The notes under the pieces: generated by a model | The model's input: the letters and a program-made list of their open reading frames with translations, nothing else | Told to the model about the DNA's origin: nothing | Database searches by the model: none | Assembly: GCA_002189035.1 (NCBI GenBank) | Contig: NEEC01000011.1 | Coordinates: 2,728,001 to 2,792,000, forward strand | Length of the DNA: 64,000 nt | From: Utricularia gibba | Lineage: Eukaryota; Plantae; Magnoliophyta | Direction: 5' to 3' | Position numbers and translations under genes: made by a program | In this document: positions 16,771-28,694 of the stretch, piece after piece | How positions within the stretch are numbered: the first letter of the stretch is position 1 | How the letters are laid out: the number at the start of each line of letters is the position of its first letter

Positions 16771-16904
16771 CAATATATAGAAGCGAATGGGTTCCCCTAT
16801 TCTCTTTTTAAAAAAATTACAAAAAAAAATTCCAGTTGGAGCATATCGTAATCCAATCGGCGCCACTCTACGCCCCGGTTTTGATCCGGCGGCTCCATTG
16901 GTTT
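16771..16904 (-). promoter_or_regulatory. ADH core promoter: TATA box plus anaerobic response element (GC-motif/GT-motif)
   Basis: TATATA near 16774-16779, about 90 nt upstream of the ATG. GCCCCGGTTT at 16872-16881 and TGGTTT at 16899-16904 match the two sub-elements of the maize Adh1 ARE. Confidence 0.7.
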
Positions 16905-19538
16905 CTCTTTTTTCAAAGCGGAAGGCTCCATGGACTGACTGACTATTCAATTCTTCTTTAATTCTTTTTACAAATAAAAATAATAAAAATATTCGTAATT
17001 ATTCTACACCAATACATTTTCTCTATTAATTTAATTTCATATATAATAACATAATATTTTCATTCTGAATAATTCAGATTACGAGATCTTTGAAATTACT
17101 ACATAACATCCATTTAATTAATTAATTATTAATATTTTTAATATTGCATTCACAGTCATTCAATTTTGAAAATAAAAAAGAAAACTGTTGGCGCAGGCGG
17201 ATTTGCGATTGCACTCTTCCCACCACCAAAAGAGTTGACTTTTGAAAACCTTTTCTTTTACAATAAAAAAAGAGTTGCATAATATCATGTTAACAACAAC
17301 CCCAAAAATATACAATTTTCGAATTTGATCCAAAAAAACGAAATTTCAAGAAAATTCAGAAAATTTTTCATTTTGATAAAAATTTCAAATTATTATTTGG
17401 TTTATTCATGTTTTTGAGTTAAATACTTTTTAAAATGAGTTAAATAATGTAATAATAAACCTGAATAGAGGAACAATTAATATAGAGATCTTATTTAATT
17501 TTATATTAAGATTTTTTTTATCAAAAGTAAAGAACGTTAAACTGTGAGAGTTAGTTGTTCGAAGAAAATAATATTGTACAAGAATAACGTGGATTGTTTG
17601 TGATAATTTATGCTTCACTTTTTCTCAACGTGTATACATAACCATTTCAACACGTATTATGAGCTTATGGTGTAGAAGATATGCTTTTCTTAAGCTTGTT
17701 TTGAGCTCGTTAGGAGTCTCGTTGGAAATAAATATTTTTGAAAGAGATCACAATATATATAAAAGATAATTAGTTTAATTATGATATTTCATATTAATTA
17801 TTGGTGAATTAACAATATACTTAAATAAAATTATCTTTTAATATTGTTTTCCGTAAGTAAATAATGTAAAACGAGTGTATGATGAAAATCGAAAACGTGG
17901 GTTGTTGTCTACGCGGGTACCCCTACCGTCACATCCTCGAAATATCTAAAGAGTTTACAAATCGGGTTGCTATTTGTACAACTACAATAGGACAGGTCAT
18001 CCTTATCCACCCCCCACGTGTCTGTCGCTTTCTAATTTTAGATCCTTGACCTTGAAGATATTTTCAGTTCAATTCAATAAACTTTTTTATTTTTTTTAAT
18101 CTTGGTTCTGAACATGCCTCAATTTCAAACATAAAATTATTTTAATATCTAAAAAATTATCCATATATAATAATGTTATCGTTTTTTATTCACTTTACTC
18201 ATTGACAGGATATCCATGTCTCGTCTTAATTTAATAATGGGCCTATCCTATTGTATCCAAATTAAAATAGGGTTTATAATATGTAACCAGTTGGGCCCAC
18301 TATAAATGGGCCTATTCGACCCACAACACACAATTTAATTTATTTGAATATCTTTAAATGGTATTTTGGGTTTAAAAAACAAAAATTAGTAATAACGTAT
18401 GTTTTATATAAAAATTGTGAAATACTTCGAATTGAATATTTTAAAACTCACACTTTAAATAATGTAATTTATAAATTATTTATTTTAAATACATGTGTAT
18501 AAAAAATATGTAACAAAAGAATTTTAATTTTAATCATATGATCCAAGAATTGGGGGGGGGGGGATAAGATCCAAATGCAGGAACATTCTGGAAATCTAAC
18601 CGAAAGGACAGCATATTAATGAAATTAATTATGTAATATCATGGAAATTATTGGGAATTTAAGAAATTATTTTAATTATTAAATTTATGAGAAAAAAGTT
18701 AATCATTTATAAAGGTGGGGTGTCCGAGGAGAAAAAAAAGTCTCGGAAAACAAGATTCAATACGATCCAATAGATTTTTGACGTCCGGCATATAAAATCC
18801 CGCAAAACTCGCCTTCTTCTCTGCTCTACTTTCTCTCTCTAAAAGAAAGAAAAAGATTTGAGCTCCAACACGAACTCTGTCTCTGTTTGCTTCCAGCAGC
18901 TGTCTCTCTTAATACAGTGCAGTAGGAATTGCATCTACGTCTCTCGGATTGTGGGATGTGTTGATGTGTGGTGGCTTTTTTCAGATTGAGTCGTGCAGGA
19001 ACAGTGAATAGTTAAGAGGTGCAGAAGCATCTTGTTGTGACTTGGAAGATTAGTGTTCTTCGAGGTTACTGTAAGTACTTAGGTTTGCGGCTAGGGTTTA
19101 GTGTTTTGGGTTGAATTGTGCTGGTGGAGGGGGCTGTTCTGTTGTGTGAGCGCATGGCGTTTCGATTTGGGTTTTCAGTCGATTTGTCGTTTTTATGGTT
19201 GTCAAGATTTTCAATTCAGCTGGATTCTTTGAGCGTTCTTTGATTGTTCTTTGGTTAATAGCATTAAATTTTTGTGGGTCTGATGTTTTTCATGTGGGGA
19301 GACGGTTTTCTTTGCTTTTAGTTCTTGTACATTCGGGTAAAGGGGTATTTTTCTTGGATACTTTTATTGGGAGTTGCGGCTTTCTTTTCTGCCTTCTGAT
19401 AAACCTAGTTTGCTTTTGCTTTCTGTTTTTTTGCTTGTACAGTGAGAAATACCTGACTTTCATTGGCTGTTTTCTGTAGGGTTTCGTAAAGGGCTGGTGA
19501 AAGATTGTTGCTTGAATTGCAGTGGCACAAAGTTTGCG

Positions 19539-19622
19539 ATGTTAGCTGATGGAAGTTGCTCCTTTCACTTCATATACAAGAAATTTAAACCTGAATCGTT
19601 CTCCACCCAGCCTTACATCTGA
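19539..19622 (+). other. Upstream ORF in the SEUSS 5' leader (27 aa, MLADGSCSFHFIYKKFKPESFSTQPYI*)
   Basis: ATG 19539 to TGA 19622 in the leader exon following the intron acceptor at 19478-19479. A second uORF lies at 19695-19730 (MPFRSGIGGVV*). Confidence 0.55.
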
Positions 19623-19777
19623 GCAGAGTTCTGTTCCTTTGCCCTGCATTCTAGTAAGTTTTGCTGTCTTCTTTCTCGGATAAGGCTTCTAGTGATGCCA
19701 TTCAGAAGTGGAATAGGTGGAGTGGTCTGAGTACTGTTTCTGACGTAGACACACTCGGTTCTGAATTCCGTATCAAA

Positions 19778-22700
19778 ATGGTGCCACAAGGGCCTCCGGC
19801 TCCACTCAGTGGAGCTCAGTCAGTTGCCCCATCTCTTTTGAGATCAAATTCAGGGATGTTGGGTGGAGAGGGTGGTGGAATGCCTTCACAAAATGGGTTT
19901 CCTTCACTTGTGCCACCTCGAAGTCAGTTCAATGGTATGAATATGCTTGGCAATGTTTCGAGCGTGTCATCTTTGCTTCATCACTCATTTGGAAATGGAG
20001 TTCCTGGGTCTGGTCATGGGAGCTCCCAACGGGGTCTAGTTGATGGTGGGGTAGAATCGGTTCCACTTTCAAGTGTTGGGAATGTGATGGGATTTAATAG
20101 TCCTTCCTCTTCTTATATCTCGTCGCCTATCGCTGCCAGCTCAAATTCATCTGGGCAAGTTATTGTACAACAGCAGCTCTCAAATCCTATGGGAAGCCAG
20201 GTGTTGTCGGACCAGCAACATGTTCAACAGCTTGATCAGCAGAATTCTCAGCATAATCAGCGGCAGATGCAACCATTTTGTGTACCCAATGGCACGCTAC
20301 AGCAGCAGCAGCAGCAACAACAGCAACAATTTCATTCAACGAGACCCACATTGGGAGGTGTGGGACCTGTGAAACTGGAGCCGCAATCAATGAATGATCA
20401 AGCATCACAACATCTACAAGCACTGAGAAATCTTGGATCTGTAAAGCTGGAGCCACAGCAACAGCAAAGCATGAGAAGTCTGGGTCCTGTCAAAATGGAG
20501 TCACAGCATTCAGACCCATCTTTTTTCTTGCAGCAGCAGCAACAACAGCTCCTCATGTCTCGACAGTCTCCCCAGGCTGCTGCTGCTGCACAGATGTTTC
20601 ATCAGCAACGTATTATGCAGATACAACAGCAGCAGCAGCAGCAACAGCAGCAGTTTTTGAAGACGATACCTCATCAGAGATCCCCCATGCAACAACAATT
20701 TCAACCTCAGAACATGCCTGTAAGATCACCAGTTAAACCAGTCTACGAGCCTGGAATGTGTGCTCGGAGGCTGACTCATTACATGTATCAACAACAGCAC
20801 CGACCTGAGGTAGGATGCTGTCCCTTAATGATTCTTTTTATTTGTTTCTCGAGAAATTTAACTATTTTGCGTTAATAGAAGATTCTCTATATTTTCAATC
20901 TTGTGATTTTTTTAGGACAACAGCATTGAATTTTGGAGGAAATTTGTTGCTGAATATTTTGCGCCAAATGCTAAAAAGAAATGGTGTGTTTCATTGTACG
21001 GAAGTGGTCGCCAAACTAATGGAGTTTTTCCACAGGTGTGCTGCTCAGTTTGAATCACTCTAAGTTTCCCGTTGTTTTCATTACACTTTTCAGTTTTGGA
21101 TCTAGTGTGAATTTGCTTTTTGCAAACACAAAGATGCTTCATCTCACCAACACTGGTATTCATGTTTTCCACAAAGTCCCTGACTTCAAACGTTCACATT
21201 TATTGCTTTATGTAGGATGTTTGGCATTGTGAGATCTGCAATTGCAAGCCAGGGCGTGGATTTGGTAGGTTGGCTCATGTTCGTTTCCAATATTGTGTCA
21301 TGGCTTCTGATGACTTTTCTTATGGCACTTGAACAAACTATATGGCATTGCTAATTAGTATTCTTGCTCATACTTTTTCCCTTCAGAGGCAACTTACGAG
21401 GTCCTGCCCAGACTCTTCAAAATAAAGTATGAAAGTGGCACTGTGGAAGAACTGCTATACGTTGATATGCCCCGGGAGTATCAGAATCCTGCAGGGCAAA
21501 TTGTTCTAGTTTACGCCAAAGCCTTACAGGAGAGTGTTTTTGAGCAGCTTCGTGTAGTGCGTGATGGTCAGCTTCGAGTTGTGTTCTCTCCTGACCTTAA
21601 GGTACCACTTTGAAATATATGTATGTGCTTTTGGGGCGATGGGAGGGGGAGGGTGTGGATGCTTGTACAACAATTGCATATTTGATACATGGCCGTCACC
21701 TGTGCTAGATATGCTCATGGGAGTTCTGCGCAGGGCGTCATGAAGAGCTTATTCCTAGAAAATTGTTGATTCCACAGGTTTGCCATATGAATTAAAGTTT
21801 ATCAACATGCTAGTTAGATGAAGTATGGCGAGTGCACCTTTCACTATTATATCGTCATCTTGCATGCAACTGTTACTGTAGGTAGGCCAACTTGGAGCTG
21901 CTGCCCAGAAGTACCAAGCTGCTACGCAGAATACTGCATCAACCAGCCCATCTGTAACTGATTTACAGAACAGCTGCAATATGTGAGTGTCAGTGAAAAG
22001 CTTTCAGTTGACATCCGCATATTAAAATATTATGCCTGTCAGATGCTATTTTTCTGTTGCTCTAAGCCTACCTAGCATAATTGGGTGATCAATGCATGGC
22101 TTTCTTTGATGTTTGAGATCAGCCACTCTTATTTATTCCAAATGAAGAATTCTACTATGCCTTCTACCTCAGGTTTGTTGCCTCTGCTCGCCAGCTAGCC
22201 AAAGCCTTGGAAGTTCCACTGGTAAATGACTTGGGATATACAAAGAGATACATCAGATGCTTGCAGGTGATCTGTTTTACCTTTTCAAATAACCGGTTTT
22301 TGATGCAGCTTTGAAACAAGAAATATCTATGAACTATCTCTCTATGATTGTTCCCATTTCCAAGTGAAGCTAAATATCCTGAACTTTCATCAATATCAAG
22401 CTTTCATTTTCTGAATTCCTAGACTGCAGTGTTGACCTCACTTTTTAGAATCTTTAGGCAGTAACTCTAGCCAGTGGGCAAATTTAGGGTTTAGTGCATT
22501 TGAGCTTGGTTCATTTGATCCCTGATTGACGCATGATATCTTCTTCTTCTTCTTTTTTTTTCATGTTGGTCTACAGATATCAGAAGTAGTGAACAGCATG
22601 AAAGATCTCATCGATTTTAGCCGTGAAACTGGTGCCGGTCCTATGGGTGAGTGAATCAGGTTACAGTATCGTAAGCTTGCTGCAATCAGGGAATATAGGA

Positions 22701-23696
22701 ATTGATTTCCTGATGTTCTGCATGGAAGCAAATATTTTATTATGATAAGCTGTTTTTATCTTTTGTTCAGAGAGCTTGACCAAGTTTCCAAGACGGACAA
22801 ATTCTCCATCCACATTTCAAGTACCCCGAGTATCTGAGGTACCCCCACACCAGCAGGAGCAGCATCAAACAGGGCTTCAAAACTCAAACGGTGATAATCC
22901 TGTCCAGGCGCAACCTGTGCAGTTGCCATCTGCCACAGGTGCACAGGGTATCAACAACAATTTGAATCCAGCATCCTCTTCGTCTCCTTCTAGTAATCCT
23001 GCTGGCATTCTTCATCAAAACTCAACGAATTCTAGACTGATGGCTGGTGCTAACGGCTCTTATGGAGGTAATGGCGTTCATATGCCATCTCCCGGTTCTT
23101 CAGGCAGTTTGCCACAAGGTCAGCTCTCAGTGTCTCCGACTCCGTCCTCATCTAATAATCCACAACCAGGTACTTATAGCAGCTTATCGGGAGCTAATGT
23201 GAATTCATCTAGTCTACATAATGCCTCAATGCAGCAGTCTGCTCTGTCTGGGGACACAGATACAAATGATACACAAAGCTCTGTTCAGAAAATAATACAT
23301 GATCTGATGATGTCTTCTCAGTTCAGTGGGAATGGTATGATGGGAATGACAACAATGGGTGGTGATGTAGAAAACGCAAATGGGATTTTATCAGCAAGTG
23401 TGAACCCAGCAATGAGCAGCGGTAATATACTTGTTGGAACTGGTGTATCCAATGGCAACACAGGCCTTGGGAGCATGGGAAATGGTCTTGGCCATTCATC
23501 AATGGTGAACGGCATTCGGACTGTGCTTGGTAATCATCCGGTGCCAATGAGAGGAGGAGTTGGCATGGGAATGCCACGAGAACAGGGCATCAACTCACAG
23601 CAGCAGGCCATGAGCAACCAGCTGCAGCTACTCAATGGCCTTGGGGCAGTAAATGGATTCAACAACCTTCATTTCGACTGGAAGACTTCCTCCTGA
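19778..23696 (+). CDS. SEU: Transcriptional co-regulator SEUSS (LIM-domain-binding/LDB family)
   Basis: MVPQGPPAPLSGAQSVAPSLLRSNSG, polyQ tracts, PVYEPGMCARRLTHYMYQQQHRPE/DNSIEFWRKFVAEYF, CEICNCKPGRGF, EVLPRLFKIKYESG, LEVPLVNDLGYTKRYIRCLQ/ISEVVNSMKDLID, ending NGFNNLHFDWKTSS*. Confidence 0.97.
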
Positions 23697-24499
23697 CACC
23701 ACTCTTCACATTATCAGAGCATCATACATAGCAGCAGTTTGTGCAGCTTCATACCCCTTTGGAAGGGAAGACAGGAATGCATAGTGGAGCACCGAGGGAA
23801 GGCTCTTCGGCTCACATCCATGTCATGATAGGAAAACTTGAGAGTGTATCTTCCGTTGGTTGAATTCTTAGATGATTACCTCTGCTGCTTGTCTGTGTAT
23901 CTAACCAGTTTTCAAGCACAAGTGGGACTGGACTGATCCATCCGGCTTTCAGAATTCTACAGGAAGAAGGTGGCCAGCCAGGAACCCTCCTAACGCCTTT
24001 GGTTACCTCTGCTTCCACTTTTTTCAAATACGTGCTTGTGCATATAATGCATTCAGTCCATTTTCTGTGAATCTGAAGCAGCTTTTCGCACTGTGGATTG
24101 ATCTTGCTTCATTCTGTCTTCGAATCTGGGCCATGGGCCGTCTTTAGTTAATTAATTTATTTCATATGTAAGCCCAAAAATAACTGGGCTTGGCCCAGTT
24201 CGAATGCACTGAATGGACAACCCGAAAAATGATCGGGCGGAGGAGCCCAACCGCTGTACGTTTTCTGTTGCTTTCTCTTCACTTCGTCTTGTTCATGACT
24301 TTTACGATCTGAATGCGCTTCAGCAGTTTCGTGGTGCAGCTGATCTGCTCGCAAATTTGCGTAGGTTCAGTTTTAGGTGACGTATCTTTTGTATCCGGCG
24401 ATTGTGTTTGGATGCGTTGAATTCCGAAAAGTGTGTTGATTGCTTCTTTTTCTTTTTCGGGTGGATACTAGTGAACAGAATTTGGGATCTGAGGGGATT

Positions 24500-26023
24500 A
24501 TGGAATCATCGTCAGGAGCAGTATCTGAATTTGATTATTTGTTCAAGTTGTTAATGATTGGCGATTCTGGGGTTGGGAAGAGCAGTCTTTTACTCAGCTT
24601 TACGTCGGATACATTCGAAGAGCTTTCTCCCACAATCGGTACGGTATTTCCACGAAATCTAGTCCGCTCAAGTTGTAATTTTTAGGGGTTTCGGGGTTTG
24701 TTATAATGTGTTGTGGTGCAAGTTTTTGTTTGTTGTTTTCCTTTATGGTGTATGAAATGTGCAGGATGACGCTTTTATTTGCCTTGTCGTATGGGTAATA
24801 CTGAATTTTTGTATTTCCTGCTGTTTGAAGGTGTTGATTTTAAAGTGAAGTATGTTACCGTTGGGGGTAAGAAATTGAAGCTTGCTATATGGGACACTGG
24901 TAAGATTGCTGCTTCAGATTGGGATCATATGGTCATCTCTTTTTTTTTTTTTCATTATGGCGTTTCCTGTGTTTTTTTAATCGACTTCAAGATCCATGTG
25001 CACTATGATTACGAAAAACTAATTTGAATCCAAAATCCCAAATTTAGACACAAAATATCAAGTAAGCTATTCTTGAAACAAGCTCCATATATCCTTGATT
25101 TACTTCCCTTTCCGCAATTTCTTTTTCCTGTTCAAAATTTTATGCATGGTCAGTGAATTCTTAGAAAGCATGTTTGTCCTGTAAGGTTGACTTCCCGCAG
25201 GATTAACAGTAGTTTACTATTATAATGTATCCACTGCAGCTGGACAGGAGAGGTTTAGGACTTTGACTAGTTCGTACTACAGAGGGGCTCAAGGAATTAT
25301 TATGGGTAGGCTTTCACTTTTTTTTTTTTTTTTGTTTGACCCTCCAAATCATTCTTGTAGAGCCCATTATTTGTTTTTCTTTCCTTGAGGTAGGCTGAAC
25401 ATTTCCCCTGAATCATCTTGTTTGTTGACAGTTTATGATGTCACACGCCGAGACACTTTCACAAATCTATCTGATATCTGGGCAAAGGAAATAGACCTTT
25501 ACTCGACGAATCAAGATTGCATCAAGATGCTTGTGGGAAATAAAGTGGATAAGGTTATTTATCCATCCCAATATCAACAAAATCTCTTTTGCAATCTCAA
25601 ATTTCAAATCAAAGTTTTCCCGCAAATGAACATGTCCAGATGCCTCTCTCCTGTTGTCTGGCTGCAGGAAGGTGAAAGGGTTGTTAGCAAAAAGGAGGGA
25701 ATTGAGCTTGCAAGGCAGAATGGTTGCCTCTTTATTGAGTGCAGTGCAAAGACTAGAGTTAATGTGGAGCAGTGCTTTGAGGAGCTTGTCCTGAAGGTGA
25801 TTTTTGTGAAAAAACCGGACTGGTTTGGCCACACCAGCCAAGTGTTTTCTTGATTGTTAAAAATACTTTACTCGTTTCTTTTTTGTTAATTGGTGTACAT
25901 ATTGACGTCCTTCAGGTACTGGAGACACCAAGCCTCTTGGCTGAGGGCACAGCCAGTGTGAAGAAGAACATCTTCAAGCAGAAACCTCCACCGTCTGACG
26001 CTTCTTCAGGAAGTTGCTGCTAA
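24500..26023 (+). CDS. RABC1: Rab18/RabC small GTPase
   Basis: [21 protein letters not shown] (P-loop), [33 protein letters not shown], and C-terminal prenylation site SCC*. Confidence 0.96.
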
Positions 26024-26493
26024 CTATCTGCTTTCCTTTTCTTTCTTGCAAATTTAATTTACTTTCTCTAACTTGTTTGATATGAAATAAAAACCAACAT
26101 TTCGTCTGTCTGTAAATAACTCATCATGTTGTTCCAAGAAAAAAGGTAGTGCATGTTATTCAGCCAAGAGTAGATGAATCATGGCATGTTGTTTGGTATG
26201 CATTTCTACGGTGTAGCCTGTTTAACCAGCCATGTAATATACGTGCAGCATCAGAAAACCTACCAACTCACAGAAGCCCATCCTAGAATGCTGTTCTATG
26301 TATAACGCTGTAAACCAGTCAACCATAAAACAAATGCACAGGAAATGAAGAATGTCGTGACATCACGATACAGAGGTGATGGATGATTGGTCATGAAACC
26401 AAAAATATGACATTTGAGAGGATCATCTCTCAACTTAGTTTGAGTTAAGCTACAAAAAGTTTGATTGATTTATCTGTCTTCCTAGCTGCCCAT

Positions 26494-28468
26494 TCAGTTC
26501 TGAAATCGAACAACGATGCAGGTTATGTTGTCGGAGCTCCCCCTCCCATAAGCCTCCTCCACTAGTTTTCTTGATGCAACTTCAGCATCTGGTATGTCTT
26601 GAACCAAAGTCACAGCTTCCTGAGTAAAACAAGCGATGTTGTTGTGAAGCTGTTTGTTTGACAAATATAGAGATCTTGTTCTCTTTCATGCCTCTGTAAG
26701 TTATGCTACAGTATGGTGTGCTCATTTTTCAAGTAGGTAGAAGTGCATGAGAAACAGTAACAATACCATAGAGTCATCGTTACCTTGTTGGATACAACAT
26801 TCCAGAGTCCATCACTAGCCAGTATAATGAAATCTACACCCTCAATGCCTTCTTCCTAACAAGGAGAGCAGCAAGGTCACAGTTGTCCTGGATTTATGTA
26901 TATCTTCAAACTTGAGTTGGAGGATACCTGGATCTCTGGTTCAGCCATGACATAAGGTCGAAGTAATTTATCCCCAAACGCACGAGACACAGCTAAAACA
27001 CCCCCAACCCTCCAAGTCCCTAGATGTGCACAGTAGTAGTTGCAGTCAGAATTAGAATTTTGTGTGATACCATCATACGCTTTTTATACGGGGCATGAGG
27101 ATATCCCCCTATCAACATAGCAATAAGATAGAAGGAAATGTTACCTGCCCAAATGACAAAACCTCCAGCTTGTTCTATACGCTCACGTTCATCGGACCTA
27201 TCTGGCTTGTGGTCGATGGACAGGGGAATAGCTGCCAAGAGAACCAGATTAGTCTATCAGTGACAAAATCCTATATGAACGTAACAATAATGGAAAAACT
27301 GTGTGTTGGTAATGGTTATGTGCTGCAGCTTCATGAGGAGGAGAAAATGCAATGAGACTGACTTCTCTTGCAACAACAAGCTTCACCACTAGAGTTGAAG
27401 CAAGGTACCTGAACCAGCTCTACATGCAACAACTCTAGAATCTCCCACATTGGCAACAAACAGTTTGTCACGCACAAAGACAGCAGTTGATGCAGTTGAA
27501 CCTGCGTCTCTCTGAGATCCCTTCTCTTCCTTAAGGTAATCTGTATCAGTCTGCTTAAATGTTTCAACTGCAACCAACAAGTGTTGATTAAATTTTCCTC
27601 CATTGAAGTCTTCAACTAATAATCCAACGGAATCTGGGATTCATACCTATGGCCAATTTTGTATCCCTAAGAAATTCAGGGTGGCTGCTTAGATTCTTGA
27701 ATAGGTTTTTCTTAAGGTACTCGGCAGTCCTGGACCCGCCATGTCCTAAATAACAGGCGCAAGGAGGCAAAACCGCAGTTATGTGGGAAGTGAATGCAAG
27801 TTTTCATACCATATTTTTGTTGGATTTCATGTAGATTCTGCTATTGGAAAAGTACTGCATACCATCATAAACACCGAAGAAGGCAACCATCTGGCCATCA
27901 ACTTGTGATACACGCGTCTCATAATAATCTTCCATGGAAGCTCGTTTCCCTTTGAAACTGGAATACCCATAACTAAATCTTGCATTCCTATCAGTAGTCA
28001 TGAAGCTGCACATCGGCATGCAAAGCTTATCAATAATGAAGAGATCGGCTATGGGACAACAAGAAAGGTTCCCAGATCTTAAAATCCAAAATATGCAACA
28101 TTTTGACCGCATTCTTACAAAATTCTGCAACAATTTCAGCCTTCCTAACAAACTTCTATTTCCCAGTTCCCCCATCAAACATCTCCAGATCGACAATGAA
28201 ATGCATTAATCAAAATAAACAGAGAATTTACGTACGCCACTCTTTATTGAGACTACCCGGAAAGGAAAGATCTCTGGAAATGGGAAGCACCTGATTCCGC
28301 CACCAGTGACAATGGCATCATGATCCCCGATGGCATCACCACCGAGGAAGCTGACTCCTGCTGCAGCGACGGAGGTACCTTCATTGCCGATCGCATCTTT
28401 TCCGACGATTCCGCCATCGTGGAAGGCGGCGCCGATGATGGGTGCATTTCCCGATTATTTTCCATCAT
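26494..28468 (-). CDS. Protein phosphatase 2C (clade F, At1g43900/PP2C11-like); exon 1 has a one-base frame break
   Basis: [103 protein letters not shown]. Start ATG 28468 is in frame only if one G is added at 28450-28452. Confidence 0.92.
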
Positions 28469-28694
28469 TAATGCATATTCAAACATCCAAAGCAACGTTA
28501 CCTTCATTCCGTACCATAGAATGCAAGATCGCTTATAGCAATATGGGCCGAGAAAAGCCCAATACAATTAATACCCAATTACATATTTTGAGGCCCAATT
28601 ACGGATGCTCTTATGTGAACTGGATGGGAGTATAAAGCCCTTGCTCGGATTTCCGAACCCCGCCGATTTGTTGCAGATAATCGCCGCCGTGGAG
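28469..28694. promoter_or_regulatory. Compact bidirectional promoter PP2C/RH29
   Basis: Head-to-head ATGs only ~227 nt apart. Site II-like motifs TGGGCC (~28544) and GGCCCA (~28591) lie between them. Confidence 0.6.

Noticed and set aside
20290-20700. CAG/CAA repeat tracts
   Set aside because: Ordinary polyglutamine regions of SEUSS.
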